Shown here one piece after another: positions 37,569-46,031 of a DNA stretch of 64,000 nt (its first letter is position 1; each line of letters begins with the position of its first letter). The notes beneath the pieces were generated by a model. It saw only the letters and a list, made by a program, of their open reading frames with translations. It did not search any database and had not been told where the DNA came from. Origin of the DNA: Candidatus Saccharibacteria bacterium RIFCSPHIGHO2_12_FULL_44_22 (lineage in GTDB: Bacteria > Patescibacteriota > Saccharimonadia > Saccharimonadales > Saccharimonadaceae). The position numbers were made by a program, and so were the translations under genes. The stretch covers positions 48,234 through 112,233 of the forward strand of contig MGCS01000002.1 of assembly GCA_001790515.1 (NCBI GenBank), given 5' to 3'.

Positions 37569-38479
37569 GATCGCTTCTCCGTCTCGTCATACAGACTTCT
37601 GAATTCAGCTTCGAGTGTTCGTTCGCTAATATCAATATCTTTGACACCTTTCAATTCGGCAATCCATTTCTGTAAGCCAGTCATCGGGCCATCGTAGATA
37701 AATGTCGTTACTAGCCCATGTTTCGGATGCTCATGCGTGACGCTTTTTACATACTTCGTTGGAACGGTAATAACGCCAGATGATACGATCTTTACGACTT
37801 TGCCGCCAGTTTGTGCCAGTTGTTCGGCAGATAAATCTTCAACAAGACGACCGTTTTTCATCAACAATACACGATTACATACTTCTGCGACTTCTTGTAG
37901 ATAGTGTGACGACATAAATATTGTCGTTCCTTTAGTCTGCTCTTCTCGAACAAGCTCTAGAAATGCATCCTGCATAATCGGATCAAGCCCACTCGTGGGT
38001 TCGTCTAACACGACAAGTTCTGGTTCGACAACAAAAGCTGCAAGAAGGGCGATTTTTTGTTTGTTACCACGAGATAGTGTGCCTATTTTTTTATCTAATT
38101 GCGGTTTGAACACTTTTTGTAGTTCACCTAATCGTTTCGTGTGATTCGCCTTTGATTGCCCCAGTACGAAAGCAATGTACTGCCGCCCAGTCATCTTATC
38201 TGGTAGCTCCATGTCCCCCGCAGCATACCCTATTCGCCTGTGTGATTCATACGCTGACGCTAGTGTAATTTTATTGCCAAAAACCATCACCGATCCTTTT
38301 GTTGGCGATGTAAATCCAAGAATCATATTGATTGTTGTCGTTTTGCCGGCGCCGTTGACACCCACAAACCCCACAACCTCACCTGCAGTTACAGATAGCG
38401 TTGCATCATCTACCGCAACAAATGTACCAAATGATTTTATTACATGATCAAGTCGTACTATTTCGGATGCATTCACCAT
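37565..38479 (-). CDS. ABC transporter ATP-binding protein
   Basis: Walker A GVNGAGKTT, signature LSRGNKQK and Walker B LVVLDEPTSGLD. I prefer the ATG at 38479. Confidence 0.9.
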   Translation of the reverse strand: MVNASEIVRLDHVIKSFGTFVAVDDATLSVTAGEVVGFVGVNGAGKTTTINMILGFTSPTKGSVMVFGNKITLASAYESHRRIGYAAGDMELPDKMTGRQYIAFVLGQSKANHTKRLGELQKVFKPQLDKKIGTLSRGNKQKIALLAAFVVEPELVVLDEPTSGLDPIMQDAFLELVREEQTKGTTIFMSSHYLQEVAEVCNRVLLMKNGRLVEDLSAEQLAQTGGKVVKIVSSGVITVPTKYVKSVTHEHPKHGLVTTFIYDGPMTGLQKWIAELKGVKDIDISERTLEAEFRSLYDETEKRS

Positions 38480-38667
38480 AATGCTTATAGTATAGCACTC
38501 ACTTAAGGACAAAAAACCTCACTCTTTAATAAAATGCGGCAAACAGTAGGACGACGAATGATACACTGGTAGTACTATGATCTGCATAGGATCTTCTGTA
38601 TGTACTATGTTTAACCATATCTAAACCGCTAGTTTGACAATTACTACATAATACAAAGGAGACTTCC

Positions 38668-39153
38668 ATGGACAAGCGTCGCGTAAATGTACGTGCTATT
38701 ATATGGCATAATGACAAATTACTTGCAGTAAAACACAAATCGAAAAATGGCGGTGAATCAAGCTACTGGGCACTACCTGGCGGAGGACTTGACCCGCTAG
38801 AATCGATCACTGACGGAGTAAAGCGAGAGCTCCTTGAAGAAACGGGCGTCGCAGCAAATATCGGAAAACTGCTATACATCCAACAGCTCAAATCAAGTCG
38901 TCGGCACCGCGACGAAGAACTAGAACTCTTTTTCCACGTCACCAACCCAGAATCATTTACAGCTATTGATTTGACGAAAACAACTCATGGCACGCAAGAA
39001 TTAGCCCGATGCGAGTTCATTGATCCGACAACAGAATACATCCTGCCTGATTTTTTGCAGACAGCTGATATCCAAAAACAAATCGAATCAGATCAACCGG
39101 TCTCGATTGCAAACTATCTTAAATCAATGTCAGTATCACGTGCAGTAAAGTAA
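38668..39153 (+). CDS. NUDIX hydrolase
   Basis: Nudix box GGGLDPLESITDGVKRELLEETGV. Confidence 0.85.
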   Translation: MDKRRVNVRAIIWHNDKLLAVKHKSKNGGESSYWALPGGGLDPLESITDGVKRELLEETGVAANIGKLLYIQQLKSSRRHRDEELELFFHVTNPESFTAIDLTKTTHGTQELARCEFIDPTTEYILPDFLQTADIQKQIESDQPVSIANYLKSMSVSRAVK

Positions 39154-39178
39154 AGGATATACCTGTCGACAGCCTATG

Positions 39179-39547
39179 TCAGACTTTGATTTCAAGCGCC
39201 AAGACGCCATATTTAGTCTGATCTGCAGTGGGATAGTATTTGTTATACTCGTCCGCTGCAGATTGGGCATCGGCTGCCGATGGAATAACACTTCGATATC
39301 CTTCAATCGTCACCATTTCGATGAATGATGTATAGTGACGAATTGCCGTTATGATAACTTTAGCTGCATGCGGGTGTCCGTCCTGTAGATCACCGTTTTC
39401 GTCTCTGAAATCACGGCGCAATAACACCGTGTCACCGACGGCGTAATCAGCAAACTTACCACGGTTCAACCGACCTTCAATCGTCTTTCGTCCCGCAATA
39501 ATATCATCTAACAGCTCTGATTCGCGTCCGGATTCCCAAACGGTCAT
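39179..39547 (-). CDS. ASCH (PUA-like) domain protein
   Basis: 122 aa. IIAGRKTIEGRLNRGKFADYAVGDTVLL resembles the ASCH beta-barrel N-terminal motif. Weak assignment. Confidence 0.55.
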   Translation of the reverse strand: MTVWESGRESELLDDIIAGRKTIEGRLNRGKFADYAVGDTVLLRRDFRDENGDLQDGHPHAAKVIITAIRHYTSFIEMVTIEGYRSVIPSAADAQSAADEYNKYYPTADQTKYGVLALEIKV

Positions 39548-40032
39548 AGCCCCAGTTCGTACACCATGTTTTGATACGTTGGGCGATCATAGGCGACATA
39601 ATTACGGACTTTTGCGCCGTCTTGATCAACACGGACAAGCGTTGTTTGTAGTGTCACATCATACTTCTTGCGCAGCTCTGTTGCAGTATCATAATCTACT
39701 TTGAATATCGTGACATCCTGAGCTAGTTCGGCCTGTTCAACTATGTCTTTATCTAACGCTCGACACTGAGAACACCACGGAGCATGAAAAAATAGTACAC
39801 GCGTGCCTTTTGCTTCGGCGTATGCAGCATCACTATACGTCTGGTATACTCCTGCCTTTAGCGGACTGGGACTTGAAGCGACAGGTGCCTGTTTTGACTC
39901 CGTAGCGGGCGCCCCCTGACTGGACGTTGAACCATCTTCTTGCACGGCATCGTCTTTTGCGATCATAAACAAATAGATACTCGCGGATGCGACTACAGTA
40001 GCTATAGCAGCGCCTATATATAAAATCTTCAT
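39544..40032 (-). CDS. membrane-anchored thioredoxin-fold protein
   Basis: N-terminal TM helix and a CxxC active site in thioredoxin context (FFHAPWCSQCRALD). Confidence 0.75.
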   Translation of the reverse strand: MKILYIGAAIATVVASASIYLFMIAKDDAVQEDGSTSSQGAPATESKQAPVASSPSPLKAGVYQTYSDAAYAEAKGTRVLFFHAPWCSQCRALDKDIVEQAELAQDVTIFKVDYDTATELRKKYDVTLQTTLVRVDQDGAKVRNYVAYDRPTYQNMVYELGL

Positions 40033-40077
40033 ACTTCTAGTATAGACTTATTTAGGGTTTAAGAAAAATTTGGTCGC

Positions 40078-41886
40078 TCAACCTTCTTTAGCAACGTCCA
40101 CTATTGTAGCAGTCTCGCCTTCAGATTCTCGGGTCGATCTAACATAGTCAAAGAACCGTTCCATATCCGCCTTTTTATGGAGATCCCCGACATATCCGCT
40201 CTGCGTATTTTGCCAGTAGTCGCCCACGGCAACCAATCCCTTTAATGCGATCTTTTGTACGATTCTCATCTGCTCAGCAGGCATGCGTGGTCGTTCGAGC
40301 AATTCTGCCCAATGTCTTTCTAGCAATATCGGCATTCTTTTTAGTGACTTCATAATCTCTGGATCATTACTGACTATCTCCGCCATCATTGGTGCGTATG
40401 CGTCGTTATTTGGCGTATATTCACCATCCGAATATTCACTCAAACGACATATTCTACCATCAATATTCATAACAGGATCAATACTTCGCTTTTTGCGCTG
40501 AGGAAGATCGATCGTATACTCTGTTGATGTCTCATTTAGCGCCATAAAATGAAACCCAATCGCTCGCCCCTCCTGTATTTCAATTTTCTGCGCTGATTCC
40601 AATAGAGAACGGTCTTGCACCTGTGCATTCGGGTTTATTTCATGTGCATCAACTGAGCGAGTAAACTCCGCCACTTCTGCTTGGCGTTCGTTGTTATTGT
40701 ACGAGCTAGCTAATTGAGATAATGACCGCATAATATAATCGTAATCAAGGATCGTCTTCATTATCTCATCTGCACCTTGTTCGCGCTCGATATTCATGCT
40801 CTGTACTGAATGGATACGTGTCATGGTATCCGCAATCACACTTTCGGCGTACATCAGTATGTCTCGTGGATGTCGCTCAGATTCGTACATCCAGGTACTG
40901 TCATCATATCCGTATGGAGGTAGTTCTATCCTACTTACAGTAGTCGGCGAGATTCCATTTCCTATACTGACCAGCATTAATTTCAACATATCTGTATAGA
41001 GCGAAGTTTGTAATCGTTGCATAGGTTCGGACCAATCTTCTTTTGGCAATAGTTCGTATGTTTTTGCAAACAACAGCGCTCTCGAAGGATCTGTCATGAC
41101 CAGTTGTAGTACATCATTTTCGTCTTTGATTAGTTCAAAATCATCAATCGTAAACTTCTTTGAAGGGTCATCGAAGTATCGGTTCGTTCTATGAATCTCT
41201 CGTGTCGCATAATCAACTCGATCAATACATAAATAGGGTGACGACCGTTCAACAAAATCATCCTCATCTACTTCAGTAAGAATAACTTCCCGTAGCTGTA
41301 TTCCGTATTGTTCAATAATATCGGCGATACCATTATCTTGGATATATTCCAACAGTTGCTCGTCATGCTCTTTTTCGTCAGCATCATTCATAATCCAGTC
41401 GCCCACATGCGATCCAACTGTATGACCAACGTCAGATAACATCGTTCGCAGTATGTATATCACTTTTTGCCTGTTATCCACTGCGTCGTCACTATGTTGC
41501 AGATTCCACTTGTCGACAAGCTGCTTGACCAAAATAGCGCTACCCGTAATATGTTCCCATCTGCTAAATTGTGCAGCATTTTCGATTGTTGCATATTGCT
41601 TTGGTAACGTTAATTGCTCAATACCTATCATGCGCGTTATTGCTGGGTGTAAAAGTAGCTGACGAAACATGGCTGGATAATTGGGGTCGTCTTCGGATCT
41701 ATCGATGCTACCCCATGACTCATCAATCTCAGCGCGACCCCAGACAGGGTCAGTCCACTCGTAACTATCAAAATCAAAGTAGACATCAGGAAGAAATCGC
41801 GCTATGTGTCCCGCAGGTAACGAGTCAAAGAATTCATTAATTGATTCGAATTCTATTGAACTTCCAATTTTGCGGAACTCACTCAT
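40078..41886 (-). CDS. large HD-domain-like protein with a degenerate metal motif
   Basis: SRWEHITGSAILV ... LSDVGHTVGSHVGDW resembles the SAMHD1/dGTPase-type RxEHSLGV ... HDIGHxPFSH pattern, but with SD in place of HD. The rest is unassigned. Confidence 0.4.
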   Translation of the reverse strand: MSEFRKIGSSIEFESINEFFDSLPAGHIARFLPDVYFDFDSYEWTDPVWGRAEIDESWGSIDRSEDDPNYPAMFRQLLLHPAITRMIGIEQLTLPKQYATIENAAQFSRWEHITGSAILVKQLVDKWNLQHSDDAVDNRQKVIYILRTMLSDVGHTVGSHVGDWIMNDADEKEHDEQLLEYIQDNGIADIIEQYGIQLREVILTEVDEDDFVERSSPYLCIDRVDYATREIHRTNRYFDDPSKKFTIDDFELIKDENDVLQLVMTDPSRALLFAKTYELLPKEDWSEPMQRLQTSLYTDMLKLMLVSIGNGISPTTVSRIELPPYGYDDSTWMYESERHPRDILMYAESVIADTMTRIHSVQSMNIEREQGADEIMKTILDYDYIMRSLSQLASSYNNNERQAEVAEFTRSVDAHEINPNAQVQDRSLLESAQKIEIQEGRAIGFHFMALNETSTEYTIDLPQRKKRSIDPVMNIDGRICRLSEYSDGEYTPNNDAYAPMMAEIVSNDPEIMKSLKRMPILLERHWAELLERPRMPAEQMRIVQKIALKGLVAVGDYWQNTQSGYVGDLHKKADMERFFDYVRSTRESEGETATIVDVAKEG

Positions 41887-41988
41887 TGGTCAGTATTATA
41901 CAGGAGTAACTGAACGTCACAAGCATAAACATTTTAACATCGCTACCTCAATCTACAGCTCAAACATTGAAGTGGCTTTTGTAGCCAT

Positions 41989-44220
41989 TTATATATACTC
42001 CGCCGTTAGTGATTCTTTTGATTGTTTCAAATCAGCCGGTATACCTTCGAATAATACACGCCCACCACGTTTGCCACCCTCGGGGCCAATGTCAATTATC
42101 CAGTCAGCTTGGCGGATAACATCCAGATTATGCTCGATGACAACGACAGTATTACCAGTGTCAACTAAACGATTGATGATGTCTAATAAGTTTTGAATGT
42201 CAGAAGTATGTAGGCCAGTCGTCGGTTCGTCCATGACATAGATACTTCCTTTTTTATGGAGTTCACCCGCCAGTTTGATGCGCTGACATTCACCACCCGA
42301 AAGTGTACTCAGCGGCTGACCAAGCGTCAAGTAACTTAAACCGACATCATTCATCGCCTGCAACTTTTTACTGATTTCTTTATCTTCAAAAAACTCTAAT
42401 GATTCGGCGATCGTCATCGCAAGAACATCGGTGATACTTTTGCCATTTAGCGTATACGCGAGCACTTCTTCTTTGAATCGCTTGCCTTCGCAGATTTCGC
42501 ACATTTGTTTTTGTTCGTCTAGAAATGCGAGGTCTGTCGTAACATATCCCGTACCTTGGCAGTTTTCACAGCCACCTTTTGAGTTGAAGCTAAATAGCGA
42601 CGCTTCAACTTTGTTTGCGGCTGCGAAGTTTTTGCGCACAACATCCATAATGCCCGTATATGTTGCTGGGTTGGAGCGACTATTCACGCCGATCGCAGAC
42701 TGATCTATCACAATAGAATCAGGATATTGCCGTACGAATGTTTGGTTGATCAATGAACTTTTACCGGACCCTGCAACACCAGTCACAACATTCAAAATTC
42801 CTTTTTGAATAGCAACACTGACATCTTGCAAATTGTTGACCGTCGCATGTTCAATCGCAAGTAACCCTGTCGCCTTTCGCGGCTCAGCTTTGATAGGCAA
42901 AGTCTGACTCAAAAACCTGCCAGTCAAAGTATCTGCTTTTAATAGATCCTTGTAGCTACCTTCAAACACAATATTGCCACCCTTTGACCCGGCATGTGGG
43001 CCGACATCGACAATATAATCCGCCACTTTGATCACATCAGGATCGTGTTCGACAACGATAACCGTATTGCCATTATCACGAAGCTGTTTGAGTAAATCAT
43101 TTAACCTGTGAACGTCGCGCGGGTGAAGTCCGACACTTGGTTCGTCAAATATATACATGACATCATTGAGTGTGCCGTTGAGGTATTTTACTAGTTTGAC
43201 ACGCTGAGATTCACCACCCGAAAGCGTATCGGTGACGCGGTCGAGGCTCAAATAGTCCAGTCCGATGTCTATCAGATGCTGCAGACGAATCCTGAGCATG
43301 TCTATGACAGGCTTTACTGACGTTTCGGTAATGTCATCAAGCACTTCGATCAGCTCATCGATCTGCATGGCAGATAACTCCGCGATAGTACGGCCATGAA
43401 TAGTACTCACCAGTGCTTGCTGCGAAAGTCGTGATCCATGACACGATTCGCATGGCCCGTTGTTCATAAACGGTTCTATCGTTTTCTGGGTTCGTTCGGA
43501 TAGTGATTTCAGATCGCGCTTGATATACTTGCGACTAAATTCATCGATCACACCAGTAAATTTGATATTCAGTCCGCCGCCAACATCCACTTTGAATGGT
43601 GCGGCATGATTGAGATCATGCATTTCTTTGTCGGTAAAATCAGACAATTTCTTGTCATTGTCGAACAGGCCAGATTTTACGACAACTTTCCAACCCCACC
43701 CGCCTACTTTGTAATCAGGCAATTGAATCGCTCCGTCGTTAAGCGAAGCGTCGTAATCATAAGCTTTATCCAGATCAAGCGCCATCATCTGCCCTAGCCC
43801 ATCGCAGGTTTGACACATGCCCGCCGGATTATTGAACGAGAACATATAGCCATGTCCGAGATTTGGCTGGCCTGCTTTGGCAAATAATGTCCGCACTATC
43901 GGCGCGATATCCGTCGCCGTTCCTACCGTCGAACTTGACCCACCGCCCAGCCGTTTTTGGTCGACAATCACCGCCATATTGAGGTTAGCGATAGCATCAG
44001 CATCTGGCTGCGACACTTTGGGTAAAAATCCCCGAATAAACGCACTGAACGTTTCATTCAGCAATCGCTGTGCCTCGGCCGCAACGGTATCAAATACAAT
44101 CGATGACTTCCCAGACCCTGATACCCCTGTAAAAATAGTAATCTGACGCTTCGGAATGCGCAAACTCACATTTTTGAGGTTATTCTCACGGGCGCCCTGT
44201 ATCTCGATGTATTCTTGCAT
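41989..44220 (-). CDS. UvrA-like ABC ATPase lacking the UvrB-binding domain (UvrA2/class II type)
   Basis: Two ABC modules (GVSGSGKSS, GVAGSGKSS; LSGGESQR, LSGGECQR) and zinc motifs CQTCDGLG and CENCQGTG. At 743 aa, the sequence runs from the RTLFAKAG region straight into FSFNNPAGMC, where E. coli UvrA has about 140 extra residues. Confidence 0.85.
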   Translation of the reverse strand: MQEYIEIQGARENNLKNVSLRIPKRQITIFTGVSGSGKSSIVFDTVAAEAQRLLNETFSAFIRGFLPKVSQPDADAIANLNMAVIVDQKRLGGGSSSTVGTATDIAPIVRTLFAKAGQPNLGHGYMFSFNNPAGMCQTCDGLGQMMALDLDKAYDYDASLNDGAIQLPDYKVGGWGWKVVVKSGLFDNDKKLSDFTDKEMHDLNHAAPFKVDVGGGLNIKFTGVIDEFSRKYIKRDLKSLSERTQKTIEPFMNNGPCESCHGSRLSQQALVSTIHGRTIAELSAMQIDELIEVLDDITETSVKPVIDMLRIRLQHLIDIGLDYLSLDRVTDTLSGGESQRVKLVKYLNGTLNDVMYIFDEPSVGLHPRDVHRLNDLLKQLRDNGNTVIVVEHDPDVIKVADYIVDVGPHAGSKGGNIVFEGSYKDLLKADTLTGRFLSQTLPIKAEPRKATGLLAIEHATVNNLQDVSVAIQKGILNVVTGVAGSGKSSLINQTFVRQYPDSIVIDQSAIGVNSRSNPATYTGIMDVVRKNFAAANKVEASLFSFNSKGGCENCQGTGYVTTDLAFLDEQKQMCEICEGKRFKEEVLAYTLNGKSITDVLAMTIAESLEFFEDKEISKKLQAMNDVGLSYLTLGQPLSTLSGGECQRIKLAGELHKKGSIYVMDEPTTGLHTSDIQNLLDIINRLVDTGNTVVVIEHNLDVIRQADWIIDIGPEGGKRGGRVLFEGIPADLKQSKESLTAEYI

Positions 44221-44290
44221 ACATCTATCATAACAAATTGTATTCGCGTAGCGTGTCGAATAGCGAGAGGCTGGCTACTGTTGTATAACG

Positions 44291-45862
44291 TTAATTTCCA
44301 CCGACGATAAACCACGATCCTGATGCGGTTGTGCTAATAAGCGTGACGTACTTGTACTGAGTAGCGAGGGTGTAGTTGGTCGCTCCGTCGATAGTACCCG
44401 CAATTGTCACCGCATTTGCAGATGAATCAACTTTTTTGATCGTAAATCGATACCCCGCCGTCGTTGTCGTAGGAAGTGTTATTGTATACGCCCCTGCCGT
44501 TGCATTGCATAGTTGGTATTCGACCGAACCGGTCGTGAGCGTCGCGGTCGTTGTTGTTGATGCAGAGGCCGACCGTACACTTCCCGCCGATGCAAATGAA
44601 CCCGATAATGCAAGTGAATATCCCGTTCCAGATACACGTAGTCCTAGATTTGAAAGGACAGTACCAAGATCTGTCGTTGCAGCCGGCTGTACGATTGGTG
44701 TTGCGTTAAAAAATCCAATTTTCTGCGTTGTTGCAGTGCCAATTTTTGAGCCTGTTGTCGTGCCGAGATCGATATTGACACTATCTGCGAGGTTCAGCGA
44801 TGCATTCGTTATTTGTATCGATGAGGTGTTGCCGCTGGTAAACGTCATCCTGTTTACATCAGCAGTGCCAGCCGTATCGCGTGTTCGGAGCACGATAGTA
44901 CCACCCGTCCCCGACTGGTCAATGTATGATGCCGCCGTACGATTAAATTGTAGATTATTTGAAGTGAGCGTTGTCGTGAGTGTGCCGTTCGTTGCCGTGT
45001 GCTGGAGCGACTGAGTAGTGCCCGTGGTAGTCATAGACGTAGGCGCAATCGCGCCCAGTCCGATAGTAATAGCGGGTGTCGTTGTCGCATTGGTCACACT
45101 CGCCGTTACTCCTTGATTACTTGAAACAGACACAGATGTCACCGATGTCGCCACGGCAGTTGCAACAAAAGCCGTCGTCGCAAGCTGCGTCGTTGTCGTG
45201 CCTGCTGTCGCAGTTGGCGCCGTAGGTGTACCTGTGAGTGCAGGTGACGCAAGCGGAGCAAGGAGCGCGTCGGCGGCATCGACATATTGTTTGTTTGTAA
45301 TATGAGTTGCAGCCGTTGGTGTATTGATTGAACTGACGCCGCCCGTCGTACGGTACATGATTGTCGAAGCACCAGTCCCCGAACTAAAGCCAACGGAAAT
45401 GTCGGTACCGCCGCTTCCGCGAGCATACACAATGTTCGTCCCCGTCACGACCGATACTTTTGCGTCAAGCGCAGTTTGTGTTGCGACACTAATCGGCTTG
45501 TCTCCATCGCTGACATTATCAACGCTACCAAGCCCGATGTCACTTTTCGTCAGTATGACGTCACCAGTCATATCGTTTACTTTCGTGACAGGTGCGGATT
45601 GCAGTGCGCTATCGGCTTTAGAAAGCGATGTCTGAACCGTGCTGCTTAGTTTGGCGAGCGCAACGCTGCTATCAGCAATAATCGAAGCGTTGGCTGAATC
45701 ATCCGCAAGAGCGGCATTCGTGACAGAATTTGGCGCAAGCACATTTGCTGTCACTGCATTGTCCTTTAGCTGTCCGTCTGCTTTTAAGGCCTGCGACAAA
45801 TAATCATTGAGTATGTCTCCCCAATTACCTGAGTCTCCACCGGGCTGTGGTAAGCGTGCCAT
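44291..45862 (-). CDS. fibre-family protein: MARLP N-terminal module plus T/S-rich tail-fibre-like body
   Basis: MARLPQPGGDSGNWGDILNDYLSQ start. Phage-fibre-type motifs are PTAPTATAGTTTTQLATTAFV and KIGFFNATPIVQ, with a C-terminal YTITLP...FTIKKVDSSANAVTI...SGSWFIV knob-like pattern. Confidence 0.7.
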   Translation of the reverse strand: MARLPQPGGDSGNWGDILNDYLSQALKADGQLKDNAVTANVLAPNSVTNAALADDSANASIIADSSVALAKLSSTVQTSLSKADSALQSAPVTKVNDMTGDVILTKSDIGLGSVDNVSDGDKPISVATQTALDAKVSVVTGTNIVYARGSGGTDISVGFSSGTGASTIMYRTTGGVSSINTPTAATHITNKQYVDAADALLAPLASPALTGTPTAPTATAGTTTTQLATTAFVATAVATSVTSVSVSSNQGVTASVTNATTTPAITIGLGAIAPTSMTTTGTTQSLQHTATNGTLTTTLTSNNLQFNRTAASYIDQSGTGGTIVLRTRDTAGTADVNRMTFTSGNTSSIQITNASLNLADSVNIDLGTTTGSKIGTATTQKIGFFNATPIVQPAATTDLGTVLSNLGLRVSGTGYSLALSGSFASAGSVRSASASTTTTATLTTGSVEYQLCNATAGAYTITLPTTTTAGYRFTIKKVDSSANAVTIAGTIDGATNYTLATQYKYVTLISTTASGSWFIVGGN

Positions 45863-45870
45863 GTACTGTC

Positions 45871-45900
45871 ATTATACCCTATTGTGCTTGTGGTAAGAAA
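45871..45900 (-). promoter_or_regulatory. promoter block shared with the 49950 fibre gene; -10 TATAAT 8 nt from the ATG
   Basis: Minus-strand TTTCTTACCACAAGCA-N8-TATAAT-N8-ATG. The same TTTCTTACCACAAGCA-N8-TATACT lies upstream of 49950. Confidence 0.45.
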
Positions 45901-46031
45901 CGCTGCGCAAACAAGACAAGAAGTTCGACAGTGTCGAGGCTATCATATGAAATATAGGTAGTTATTTTCTGAGGATTCGGGACTCAAGATAGGAACCTAG
46001 CGGTAGAGCCACAGTACATCAGACATATCAA

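Noticed and set aside
44376-45014. 212-aa plus-strand ORF inside the 44291..45862 fibre gene (similar antisense ORFs occur in the other fibre genes)
   Set aside because: It is the Val/Ala/Ser-rich antisense of T/S/A-rich coding sequence. There is no start context or motif.
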